This document shows positions 1 to 12,332 of a stretch of DNA of 43,954 nt, piece after piece. The notes under the pieces were generated by a model that was not told the origin of the DNA, ran no database searches, and saw only the letters and a program-made list of their open reading frames with translations. The stretch comes from Gonapodya sp. JEL0774. Taxonomy: Eukaryota. How positions within the stretch are numbered: the stretch's first letter is position 1; each line of letters opens with the position of its first letter. The translations under genes and the position numbers were made by a program. The DNA is taken from positions 124,001 through 167,954 of the forward strand of contig JADIIX010000040.1 of assembly GCA_027604505.1 (NCBI GenBank), read 5' to 3'.

Positions 1-2651
1 ATGCTCTCGAAGGCGATCCTCCAAGCCCGTCACGGACGGCGAGTCTTGAAAAAATCTTTGTGCGTGGATCACGAGAGCGTGATTGACAAAGGCGTCCTGT
101 GCATGCGTAGAAGGGCACAATGTCACGCACCGCGCGTTTAGTCATCAGCTCAAACAGAAACACTAACTCACCTCAAACTCCACACTCATCTGCACCCTAT
201 GTGGTGTACCGATCGGAAATCAGCACTTCCAAACACGATTTTCTCCACGGAGTACACAACTCAACCTGACCAAAACGAACTTCCAAACTTACATCGAATC
301 AATCCTAATCACCTTGGTCTTGCTCACCGCGTCAAACAAAAACGGATAACTGAACCAACTGAAAGCCCTCTCCCCGCCTGCGCCTCCGGACCCTCCAGCA
401 CCAAGAGTCGCTCCGGTGGCTCGAGCATCCAATATTCGCCGCCAGGTCCGGTACTCCTCTTTGAAATTGAGCTCCGCCACGGCAGAGTTGTAGAAGGCGG
501 ATAAAGGGAGGGGTCGAGGGATGGCAGATTCGTTTGCGTGATCTATTTTCCAGAAACGGTTGAGTCGTCACATGACGACGGCACAAATCTATACAACGCA
601 CAAAACAGTTGTAAAGTCTTGACAGCGGAAACGACCGCATCGTTCGACTGCAGGTTCTGCGAGAAATTGTCCGACACGAAGGCTTGAAACGCTTTCACGA
701 TCCTATCTAGACCACTTTCATCGTATCTTCAAAAGACGATCGTGTCACACGATGGCAGACAAGGTGAATATTCACACAGGAGACGGAGGCTACACACTTT
801 GAAAACCATCGAACGAGGTCCACTTTCACTGCAGATCTCAAATTTCCTACGATTGTTGCAGCTCGTCTTACTAAGCATGATGACATGGAGTGACCAGAGA
901 GGCAAGGGTTCTTGAAGCATTTAAATGAAACATCAACGTCATAGCAAATCATCGACAGGTATCCGGCAAAACCACGCACCTCCAAATGTACAACGATCTC
1001 TCTCACACCCGGAATTCTCTCAACTTTTATAGCTCTCGGGTATATTTCGATATGGGAGAGTGCCACATCGGCTGCTTCGGCGAGAGCTGTTGCGAACAAC
1101 GGTTGGGGTTCCTAAAGTATAACAATTGCAATGGCGTCGTAAGGTCCAGGAGACATGGGGTGGCTCAACCACAGCAAGCGAAGATGAATCTTACGAGTTT
1201 CTGGATGGACGTGTACAGCGCCCGCACGGCCTGGATGTCCATACCACCCAACGATCCAGGTTCTCCTCGCGCTCCCATCACCCCACCAGTATCCACAAAG
1301 CTACTTCCCACGGCGATCGAATTTGAAAAAAATGAACGAATTGAGTTCGATAATGTAGCCGCCCGAGACTGGGCGGTGGACGGGTCCGCATCAAAGGAAA
1401 GACTATAATCCTCCACCGCTTGTCGAACAGAGACAGCTGTGAGGTACGCAGGCGAGGAGTCACTCGCCGTCACTGCTCCACCGAGGCCATCGCTACGGCT
1501 CCGCTCCCCGCCCTCGCTCTGGACTTCGGTGGATGGGGATCTCGAGAGTGCCGGAGAACCTTCTCCGAGTTCTCCGAGCGTTGCAGAGAGATGCGTGGGA
1601 AGAGAAAAGGTTTGCGATGGGATTGGTGTTGCGGATGACGGTCGGTCGACCGACGCACGGCTGTTCAGCGAGGGAGAGAGACCCGATGGTGGTGTGTTAT
1701 TGAAACGGAAGGGGAGCGCAGACGCGGTGACTTTTGGTATGGTCGTGAGTGTCGAGTGATCAGTGAGCTGGCTAAAAGTTGGAATGTGCTCCGGGCTGGA
1801 TGAGGCGCGACTTGCCAGCGAGGGTTCTGCTTCACAGTCCAGCTTCCCCTCACGAGGAAGGTCGGGGAGTTCCCCGGTAGAATTGAAAAGCGACGCAAAC
1901 GGAGAAGAAGCAAATAGTGAGAAAAGCAAGCTCCGATTTGCCGGATTCGGTGTCGAGGCAGCTGGGAGAGCAGACTCGGCTTCGGGGCCCAACCGTGATC
2001 TCATCGGAGAAGTTGTCCCGGCCCCTACACCTGCACCACAGGTGACTAATGATGACTCTCCAATGTTCATTTCCCGCCTGACGCGCGGTGGTGTTCCCGG
2101 CGGTGTCCCTGATCGAGATCCCGAAGGGGTGGTAATGAGAGCGGAGGGAGGAAGAACAACATCCAGAGGCTCAGACGGGCACCGAGGACAGAAATAAGTC
2201 TTTGGTCGGAAAGCCAACTGTACAGACATGATAGCGGCGGCATCGGCGGAGAGGCGTGGTGCGGCTGCGATGACGATGTTTACAGGCCGTTAACTTTCAC
2301 TGTTGGTGACGGTACAATAGAGGGCGGGACTCGCATACCCTGACAGGAAGCACACAGTTTGTAGGAGCATGTGGCATCTCCGCAGCCGATGGCGAGCTGG
2401 TAATAGTATCTTGAGAACAATACGGGAGAGTAATCGACAACGTGAGCTTGGGGGGGCTCGAGTACGAACGGGGGTGCCATCAGGAGGACAAAGTCAGAGC
2501 ACAGTTCCCACCTCTTGACAATCTTTTCAAAACGAGTCTTCGTTTCTGCGGGAATTGAAGATATGGTGGGCGTCGTTGTGATGGCAGTCAACTTGGTTTC
2601 GATGCCAGTCGGGGGGACGCCTTCCCCGCTTGACGCGGAGGGTGACGTCAT
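1..2651 (-). CDS. UBE3A/HUL4-like HECT E3 ubiquitin ligase with N-terminal AZUL Zn domain (multi-exon; 3' end runs off the left edge)
   Basis: AZUL-like motif YYYQLAIGCGDATCSYKLCASC (about 2345-2410), a long Ser/Pro-rich linker (ORF 1165-2229), and a pre-HECT segment FSWFSYPFLFDAVSKTK (ORF 289-480). Likely start MTSPSAS at 2651. The HECT catalytic lobe is not visible in the window. Confidence 0.75.
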
Positions 2652-2956
2652 TACGGTGGAGTGTGCTGAGAAAACAGAGCAGAGATGTGATGGGATGGAG
2701 CGACAAAGACGAAGCGCAGGCGATGATGTCGCCGATGATCCCTCACGACTGCTGTGGCCACTCTTGCCTTCGGTTGTATGCAATAGACATAGATTCTAAT
2801 TAATACCGACCCGAAACATTTATTTAATGTCTAGTCGTAGTCATAGTTTCAGATGATTACAGAGCGTGTTAATCTAAATACGAGAGACTTTTGGCATACC
2901 TCGTCCATTACCCTAGGAAACTACCCCCGATCAACCTGCCCCTCTCCCATTCTCTC

Positions 2957-4751
2957 CTAAGCGAACTTCCCAATGAAAGCCATGATCCCCGCTCCAAACC
3001 AAAATGAGGAGAAGAGCAATACCCGGATCACGGGTGAAGAGCCATGAAACTTTTCACTCGTCGTAATGTTCTGGTGGAGAAGGTTTACCAGAGAATCTGT
3101 TGGTTGGGGATGTGAACAATTAAGATGAGTAAATGTTCGTTGTGTGACCGTCAGACGAAGCTCAACGTACCGTATATAAGGATGCCGGCAGCGAAAGCAT
3201 CCATGATTCCCTAAAAGCACCGCCACACGAAACAAAATATCAAGGGTGAGATACACGCTGTTAAAAGGTTGAAGGTACGACGTTCGTACCTGCGTCAAAA
3301 GAGCTGCATTCGAGTTTGGATTAAAGGTCGAGTTGATCCCTGCTCCAACGGACACACCGAGAGGCGTAATAATCGTGTAGAGGCACACCATGATGATAAG
3401 TGGAACTATGATTGTGAAGCAGCATTAGTGCTCGGTTGTTATGATATTGTGTTGTCGGTTTAAATGCACTCACGCTTGGACGTGAACTTGGCATCAATCA
3501 GTGTCGCACTGAGCGCCATTCCTTCAAAGAACTATTGAAAAATATTCGTAGAGAGGGTAAGCAGGAGACACGGTGTATATCGGGATCGGTCCCCAAAAGA
3601 TCATCAATAGCACCATACCTGATGGAAAGCCAGAGCCACCATGAGGGCCCTCAACTCGGATCCACGAGCGGTCCCGAGCGCAAGACCGACAAAGAACGAG
3701 TGTGAAGCAATTCCCAGCTCAAGGACGTAGACTCTGCATATTTGAGAGTGAAGTATCAAGTCATGTATGTTTACACGATGCAACTCGGAACAGGAACACG
3801 AGCGAGGCTAAAACGTACGTCACTTGTTTCTTCTTCAGCTCATCAGAAACTGCTCCTTCTCCAAACAGCGCATCTCGAAGGTGACCGTGACCATCCTCAG
3901 CCGAGTGACCTTCCGGAACGATCGCAATCTCCGTCGCCCCGCTGTCCTGATCCGACACTTTTTTCTCCCCGCCAAACGAGGGTGACTTCTCGATGTCGAG
4001 CGCGCTTCTCGCTTTCTTGGATGTGTTGGACAGCACTCCGATCGCGAGAGTTTGGAGGATCTGCAGTTTGATGAGAGTGTGAATTGATATTATGAGTCCG
4101 GGAAAATGACATGAACACCCAGTCTCCCAAGCAAACTCACCTGTACCACAATGATACCCGCCATAGCAAACACACCGGCTAAAGCTTCGTAATTTGTCCA
4201 ACCGCTGGGAAGGCATTCGCTTGCTAGTAGCTCCACCGCCGGGATCAACATGTGCACGAAACCTGAAATACAATGTAAATTTAGAATCAACAACGGAAAA
4301 AATACAACACAGAAACAGAAAAGGCCATAGAGTGAGACCCAAAGACACGCACCAGTCGCCAGAATAATGCCAGTTCCAAAATTTCGAATGATCTCGAAGA
4401 CGGTGTCTGTGCGCGACCCACCGAGATTGTACCTCTTGAGCAAAATAGGAATCAAAGTTCCAAAGAGAGATATCGCAACTTGGATGAAGACGGCAGCTAT
4501 GTGAAGGCCGAGTTCGGGTGGGTCGGTCAAGTCTGCAGCGCAAGGATCCTCCACGTCGTCGGGCAAGGTGGTATCCAAAGGCATGGAGTCTTCTGTCGTA
4601 GCATCTATCCAAAAAATAGTGGTAAACGGTTAACAGTCGCGCTTCGTCACCTGACACTACTGACAATGCCAGGGTCCTGTTTACCTTGCGCGAAGATGAG
4701 AGGCAAAGCCGCGAGCGCAAGTAAGAGAGTCGCCGAATGCTGAAGCCTCAT
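2957..4751 (-). CDS. ZIP-family zinc/iron transporter (ZRT1/IRT-like), multi-exon
   Basis: Signal-like N-terminus MRLQHSATLLLALAALPLIFAQ, then LGLHIAAVF, FGTGIILATG-FVHML, ECLPSGWTNY, His-containing loop GHSAEDGHGH, SHSFFVGLALG, FHQ-FFEGMAL, TPLGVSVG and C-terminal GAGIMAFIGKFA*. Confidence 0.93.
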
Positions 4752-5034
4752 AGTGAAGTGTGGAGCGCTGCTGATGCGAGGAGAAGTTGGATTCGCTGGG
4801 AATGATCTTTCGCTCTTAACAACCTGCCCCAAACCTGACCAGTGTGGTCCCCGAAGATGGTGCCTCGAAAAGTTCGTGCTTCGGTCACTGATTCGGCTTG
4901 GTTGGCGAAACTCGAAAACACCAAGAAGCCTAAACATAAACATGCCTCATCAGCGCTTGAGGTAGAACAGTTTGTAGTATGAAGAGAAGGGGAGACTGAT
5001 TGGGTGCTTGCAATCCGTTTTCTGAGGGCTACAT

Positions 5035-6772
5035 TCACTTTTTGAACACTTTCAAAATATTCCGCCGAATAGTCATATCATCTTTCTTCTCTTGGGCTGC
5101 AGGCAACCCAAGCATACGTTCCAATCGAGCAAGCTCTTTGGCGGCGTAATCGGTCGCGCTTTGACTCTTTTCCAGCGCTTTTACGTAATAATCGGCGGCT
5201 CTAAAACGACAACATGAGTTGATTCGAGTTGTGGCAAATAAACATCAGACTATACGAAGCGAAGAGTATAAGAAAATGAAACTAACTTGCTCTTGGCATT
5301 TTTCGCCAGATTTTTGGCCTTGGTAATAAGCTTCGTGCGTTCCTTTGCGGATGCCTTGAGGAAATCGGCGATAATGGCATCCAACTCAGGAATAAGACCA
5401 GCCTGCGGAAAGGAGCTGAGTCCACCTCCACCTGTCACATATTCAGAGAGTTTAACTCACGTCCTCGGTCAAACCACCCCCCACGGTACGCTTGGTACCG
5501 CACTTTTCGTTCAAAAACTCGATAAAATCCTCTTCAGAGCGACCACCCTCGTAAGGGACGGGATCCTTCTTGCCGGCTTCGAAAAACTTAATAGTCGGGT
5601 ATCCAGTTACGTCGTAGCGTCCGGGGATCGACTGGCTGGTGGTTGCATCAAAGTTCGCGACGCGGCACTGGGGAAACAAAAAATTCCGGTTTGCAAGGGC
5701 TAACTTTAATTGTTGGTTAAACCCACCTTTGATTCAGTTTTAAACGCTGAGGCGACCTTGGCGTAAGTAGGTGCAAGGTTTTTGCCTGGTGGTGGCGATT
5801 TGCAAGTCGTTCCAACACGTGATGAAGAGATGGAACGCCAAACGAATCACTCACAGTGTCCACACCACGGAGCATAGAATTCAACGAGCACATTGGCATC
5901 TGAGTTAAGGACCTCATCGTCGAAGTTACTGGCGTCCAGAACTAGAACATCGCTCGGTACAACAATCTTCTTGACCTTGGCCTTGAGACCGGTCTTGCCG
6001 TTGATGAACTGGACGAAATCCCCAATATCACGACCACCAGAATACTCTTCCGGGGTGGTTGAACCTTTAGGGAACCATTTAATGGTCTGTGCGGCAATTG
6101 AACAATAGCAAGATGACCGACGAAAATTATCAGACGTCTAATCAAGCTGCAAAGATTTATGCTCCCCGCCCAAAATTTCAACTCCGCTCCAATATTGTCA
6201 AGCACAGAAATATCTCGCACAGTCATCGACTCACCGGGAATCCACTAACTCCGAACTTCGATCCCAGATCCTTGTGCTTATCAGCGTCAACTTTGGCGAT
6301 GACAACATCGTCCTTGTAGGGTAAGTATGTAGTAGCGAGGTCCTCGTAGGTGGGGGCAAGGTTCTTGCCTGGAGTGTCTCGTGTGTGAGATACTGGAATT
6401 CGAATCTCCCAATATCATTATTTGAGAATCAACTCACAGTGTCCACACCAGGGACTTCATTGAAGATAAATGGAGCATCAGAAATGCTGGTTTCGTAAGC
6501 TCTCGGCAAACCTTACTGTACAAAGCACTCACGCGAAGAATTCAACAAGCGCAGGCTTCGAACCATCCACAATCTAATTCAAATGTGTCCACAAAGACAG
6601 TGAGCTCGAGAAATCACGGACTCCCGACCAAATTCATCAAATCCAAGGAATGCGAAGATCCAACCTTGGCAAAGTTATCCGGGGTCAGGTCGAGCACATT
6701 TTCCGCTCGAGCAAGGCTCGCAGCAATGCAGACGGAGAGTGCGAAAAGTGTTGCACGAATCACGGAGGGCAT
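5035..6772 (-). CDS. Protein disulfide isomerase, a-a'-ERp29c type (ERp38/TigA/PDI-D)
   Basis: Signal peptide [23 protein letters not shown], two spliced WCGHC thioredoxin sites (about 6440 and 5860), [12 protein letters not shown], and an ERp29-like C-terminal domain ending ...[10 protein letters not shown] (TGA at 5035-5037). Confidence 0.93.
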
Positions 6773-7211
6773 GAGAGTCTTGAGTGAGCTGGCAAATCAA
6801 ATGGTCAAGCCACACACCATCATGTCAAAGAGCAGGACGCTATTTTATTACATAACAAATTCACAACCAACTTGCCCAAGAACACCATCAGCTTCTCTCT
6901 TGATATGTAGTATTAATGCGCTTCCAAAGAGTGCGGCAAACGTTCGTGTTTTGCAGCTCATGTAAAATCACACACAAAACAGGATCCGTACGAATAAGTA
7001 AATTTAGGCGGCCTTTACTCAAGGACTCACCGCGGAATTTACGTGAATTCGTGTGATCAAGGAAGCGAAGGGATTTGTGTCAGTTTTTTGGATTTCGTGC
7101 AATAGGGAGTGGCGATCAGGAGGAAGGACGCTCATTTATACAAAACTTCCCTCCACGAGCTATCGGGATCGGCACTAAAATCTTCGCGTCTGCCCCTGTG
7201 CCCTACCCGGG

Positions 7212-9422
7212 ATGGCAGACGATTTGGAAATGGCCGGAAGGGACCATCGCGGAACGTCGGGTCGGCCTCAACACCCAACGGAGCATTCGAAGCTGTCGTT
7301 CACATTTGCTCCACATCGTCGAATCATAGGACCGGCTGATTTTCGACCCCGCGTGCCTGTCTCGCTCTGGCTGGCTGCCGAATATGTCCTATTCAGTGGA
7401 TACTCACTCAATATCTTTCTTACTCCGCTCATGAGCATCGGATGCATCATTCTCCCGGGTGTCATAATGTTCTATGATCATACCGTGCATGGGGTCGGGC
7501 TGGTGTCCATCTGCACCGCTGCCGTGTTCACTTTTGGAGTGCATTACTTTTTGGGATCCTCTGGCACCCAGCTTGCTATGTTCCACAGAGCCAAAGGAAC
7601 CCTTCACTCAGCGGGACCGGTTGGAAGATTCATGCACGCGGTGTGGGTGATCGATGATGCTCTCAGTTAAATTGGGATCCGAACCTCGATATCTTTGGGT
7701 TTCTCGCAGTGCACAGGTTCTTGACCTCCCTGATGCAGAACCCCGACATGACTCTCGTGAGAGCTTAGTATGTGGTTGCAAAGACTGCGTACGGAAGTTT
7801 CTTGTCAGGACAGCGACTGTCATGTGGTCGATAAGCGCCTGGGCGATATTGGGTTTCGCCCTTTCTACCCTTGTAGGATCATTCGACGGCCTGTTAAACG
7901 CAGGAGCCGATGTGTTGGATCGAGCAACAAGAGTAGTGAGTCCCCTATCTATCTACAAGCGTCCTTTCTTCGCATGTTTACTCCCGTAATCACATAACTT
8001 GAAGATTTTCATTCTGTGGTACTCGCTCGTCACAATGGCTCTATCAACTGGAGCGGTACATTGCGCTCGTGTTGGTACTGTGTTTGTGCTGCTGGCTAAA
8101 CTTGAGTCGGAGCAGCGACAGTTGCAAGATGCCCTGCACAAAGTAAGTCGTCACTTGTTCTCATTCCAGTTGACCGCGCCTGTTCTCACAACTTTTGAAA
8201 AGAAATTGTTTGCCCTCGCCGATCTCCGTTACCCCACACTTGAAAGGATGATTTCGCCAACAATGACGCGGACAGTGAATTCCGTTCATCGGAGCGAGGC
8301 TCCTGTCGACGATGATTACTGTCGAGCGAATCACATTCTTGCTCTCACCATCAGCAATGTGCGTTCTGTGTGGATTCTTGACGTCATTAGTCACAAGAAA
8401 ATTCACTTGCGACTATTTGCCCTTCGTGTACTCTCACCTGTCTAGGAAAAACGTCAGCTAGAAAGCATCGTCGGAGTCACAGCCACTGCAGCAATCACTT
8501 ATTTGGTCGCGTTCTTCATTAATGCATTGTCCTCCGGCTGTGCCTCGGCATTCTGGCTTTCGCGTAAGTTTCGAAGCTCCAGCGGTCCACCAGCGCTCTT
8601 TTCCACTAACGCCAAACCTATTCTGATAGAGAGCATTCTACATCTCGCCTACTTTATCTTCCTCCTTTTTGTCGTGGCGCGCTTCAATTCCTCCGCCACC
8701 CTCGCCGGTCGCATCATCCAACGAGCTGAACGTGAACTCTCTTTTATTGTGATGGATCTTGTGCTAGCGAAGAATGCATTGTCAGGTTTTCCGTCTGGAT
8801 CTCGCAACGCAGAAACTCAGCCTTGGAATGGATGGGCCAGGCAGGATAGCGTTATTCATTCTGATGGGTCTGCCGCAACGGCTGTAAATACTGCGTCAGC
8901 AAACCCTCCGGAGCTCCACCCTCCAGAGCTTCCGACCACCGAGCTTCTGACCGCTGCTCGTGTTCAGACCGGGCTTGATCAAGAGGTGAGACCCGTTAGT
9001 TTTCAGTGTTCCTCTGGGCGACCATTTTTGATACAGCATTCCTCAATCAACAGCCCCAACATTACCCCTTTGTAGAAACCCTTAAGAGCGTGGACTACGC
9101 ATATAACCGAACTCTTCCCGCGTTCTCACGACGAGACCAATACACCGGTCGAGCATACCCTATTCTCTGCTCGATGTCTCTGGCAGTACCTCGGGATCTT
9201 CTCGAGGCCCGACTTCTCGAAGCACGTGCACACCAGGGCGTGCTTACTCCCCTAACGCAATCGTTTACAGATGAACACCTAGTGACATTCTTGGGAATGC
9301 CTGTCGCCTTCGAATCTGCACGAGCGATCACACTAGGGGCTATAGTGGCAATATTTGCAGGATACCAGTTGTTTCGATCGGGGGGTTACACTCTGGGGTT
9401 TGCATATGCGTGTGGGGCTTAA
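7212..9422 (+). CDS. Orphan 7-TM membrane protein, candidate gustatory-receptor-like (GRL/DUF3537, 7TMIC) ion channel; 7 exons, about 594 aa
   Basis: Manual GT-AG model with exons 7212-7640, 7717-7935, 8005-8142, 8203-8358, 8446-8563, 8630-8985 and 9054-9422 keeps one open frame. It has seven hydrophobic segments, no signal peptide, and a C-terminal VTFLGMPV-x-FESARAITLGAIVAIFAGYQLF. The gene is well supported; the family assignment is inference. Confidence 0.6.
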
Positions 9423-9843
9423 TAATCTGTAGTCATGTTTTGATGCCTATTTCGCGGGTGTGTAACTTTCTATACATTAATAATGTATATACCTTCGTCC
9501 TTCTTTCACTTCCCTTTTCAAGCCTCTCTTGGAAATCGTACTCCTGGAATGCGTCGTGAATTGACAGTGACATCTGTGAAGCAATAAAGAGCAGCCATTG
9601 CCCCACAATGATATGCGAGTTGAGTGGGCCTGTTGAATTGCTCTGTTCTTTCTTGCGTCTCTTATAACTGATGAAGGCGCTCTTGTGATACGTAGAAACT
9701 CTTCTCCTTAGGTTTGAGAACAACATTAATTCATACTGAAAAAGAAAGGACAGAAAAACTGAAATACTAGATACAAAAAAAAAAAAAACGCATTTCCATG
9801 CCGCTCCACGAACTATTGAACTACTGCTCTCTTCTTATGGTAT

Positions 9844-12184
9844 TCATCTGCCATTATACCCAATGTCCAGGTTCAGCGTCACAATTGCCTCCTCCGTTAA
9901 AGCCTGTCATAAATGAAATGGATATCAACCTGCTGTGACTGAGACGTTGAGTGTGCCTAAACTCACATCGGCTGCCACAATGTCAACAAACGGTATACGT
10001 GGTACCATTATGGGATTGTCATCAACAAGCTGCTGTAACTGCTCTGATGCTGAGCCCAGGGCGGCCTTGAATGCGAGGTTGACCCTTCATATGACATCAT
10101 CCACTGTATTAGCGATGGAAGCGAAACACAATCTTTGACGGCGAACGGCGCCCACCTCTCCATATCAATATCGCCCAATCTCGGGTCCGCCTTCACGAGC
10201 GAAGCTCCCACATCCGCGTCCACTAATTCCACGCCAAATTCTATCTGCCCCGTCGTCGCACCAGCTCTCGGCGCTGCCGCCAGCATCCCACTGATATCAA
10301 ATGAGAAAATCAGAGTCCTCGGAGCATCCTCAGCCACGTTATTAGGGTCGTCAAATGCAAATACAGCGACACGGAAACCCTCAATCGAGGCCACGACGCC
10401 ATCGTCCGGAGACACGTGCAGCCTGGGTTCCCCACGCGTGGGGCGAGTCTCAATTGACACGGGGGCGTCAGGACCAAATACATCAGCGACTTGTGGCACT
10501 ACCTTAGCCCATGTGACGGTGGATAGAATTTCTGTAGGTGCGTTCGGCGTGGTAGTTTGGTCAATGCGGCGTGTCAGGAAGCCAGACTGTGTCAAAGACC
10601 AAAGGAAACATTGACCAACAGATTGATGTAGGTGGAACGTGAGCATGCGAGATCGTGTGGGCACCAGAGGTGCAGAGGCTTCGCTGGCAGTGAAGGGAGA
10701 GAACACAGCGTACGGGCAAGGGCCGGCGTCAGTCTGGAAGAGGCCGTAAATATGAGCAACGGCACGGGTAGGAGCGATGTAAATAGGTGGTACGAAAGAT
10801 ACGTTAAGGGGATTGCCGAGAACAGGGAAGGACTGGAGTGTTCGAGGTAAGACAGAGGTACGCTGATTTCAGGACTTTCACGTGCAAGTAAGGGTTGACC
10901 CATCCGGAAAGACCCACCCGCGGCATCGTGTCAAACAACTGGTTGGCAGCGTTTGGCAAAGTGTTCTTCACCTCCTCGGTCAACTTTGCCTCCACCTCTC
11001 CTTGAACCCTTTGCCTAAAGAGACCGGTAACCGCATTGTACAACCAAGCGGCCTTGGAGTCCGACACATCCACCGTGATCAGATCAAATGCGGTGGATGA
11101 ATCGAGCACGAAGAGTTCCACTGCTCCTGTGTCGCCAATGTAAAAAGTGGTCAAGGCAGTGATATTGCCGCTCAGGCCGTGCATGATTGCATGACCATGA
11201 GATTTGACATGAGGCCAGCGCCGCTGAGTGTAACGGAAATCCTATAGAGTGCAGGAGGTGGGGGGGGGGGNNNNNNNNNNCCCCCCCCCCCGCCCCCCCC
11301 CCCCCCCCCCCCCCGCCCCCCGCCCCCCCCCCCCCCCCCCCCCCGCCCCCCCCCCCCCCCCCCCGCGCCCCCCCCCCCCCCCCCCCCCCCCCGGGCTTGG
11401 GTCCGGAGGAGTTGTTTCACACGAAGATGAACAGGTGTCCGACAATGACTTTGTGGTAATAGTTTGGTTGACTTCCTCATGTCCCAATCCACCACCCTGC
11501 TATTCTCACCACTCGAATCTGGAACCCATCATTCAGGGCCGTCAGGAGAACACAGTTTCAAACTCACCATCTCTACTTCGAACGATACATTTCCAATGAA
11601 TCCAGTCAAGAGATTATTTGTCAACTCAACAAATGTCAAGGTCGGGTCCACGCTGACCCAGTTGAGAGTGCCGTTTCGGAAAATGAAGTCGCAATCTCCG
11701 AGCATGGGGATGTCGAGGACTGCATCAAAATCAGGGATCGAGACATTCTTCAAGTCGTTGGTGAGAATCAATGCGCCAGCTAGAGCAGCACCGGTCAGAA
11801 TTCCACGATAGGGAGGCATCCAGTCCATTGGATCGAGATTAGCGAACCCAGCTTGAGGAAAAAGAAGCACGATGCAAGCTCACCTCTGCCGGCCATGTCG
11901 AACAACGACTTTTCCAGAACAGCTTCCACCGCTGGCCTCACACTCTCCTCTCCCATATGCTCAAAAATCTTGTTTGGCGGCAATCGGAGAATGATGGGAC
12001 GCTCCTCCAACGTGTGGTCCTCCAGGACATGGTTTTTAATGGATGTCTTGGAATGATCCCTCCGGTCTGCAGCCGGAACACCGGAAACCAAGGAAACAAG
12101 GGAACACAAGATGAACAAAGTCAAGCAGGCTATGAAGCTCGCCAAGGCTGTCAGCCGTCGAGTCGCTTGTTTGTCGTGCATCAT
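9844..12184 (-). CDS. Secreted LBP/BPI/CETP-family (TULIP) lipid-binding protein, multi-exon, interrupted by an assembly gap
   Basis: Signal peptide MMHDKQ...LTLFILCSLVSLVSG. BPI1-like segments LKNVSIPDFDAVLDIPMLG and AAWLYNAVTGLFRQRVQGEVEAKL. BPI2-like tail PIMVPRIPFVDIVAAD|ALTEEAIVTLNLDIG...* (TGA at 9844-9846). Confidence 0.7.
11260..11392. repeat. Poly-G / 10xN / poly-C tract at an assembly gap
   Basis: N run at 11271-11280 flanked by a G homopolymer and about 110 nt of almost pure C. Confidence 0.9.
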
Positions 12185-12332
12185 GTTTGCGTATTGTAAC
12201 GCACCGTCATGGAAAAGTTCCCCCCACGCACCCAGCTCAGTCAGTTCACTCCAAACTCGCTGAGTTCGCCTCGAGCCACTTTTCAAGCACCGCGTTCAAA
12301 TGTATATACATTGGTGAAATTATTCACTGCTT

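Noticed and set aside
11172..11599. Poly-Gly and poly-Pro ORFs
   Set aside because: They arise from homopolymer tracts flanking the N gap and are most likely an assembly artefact.
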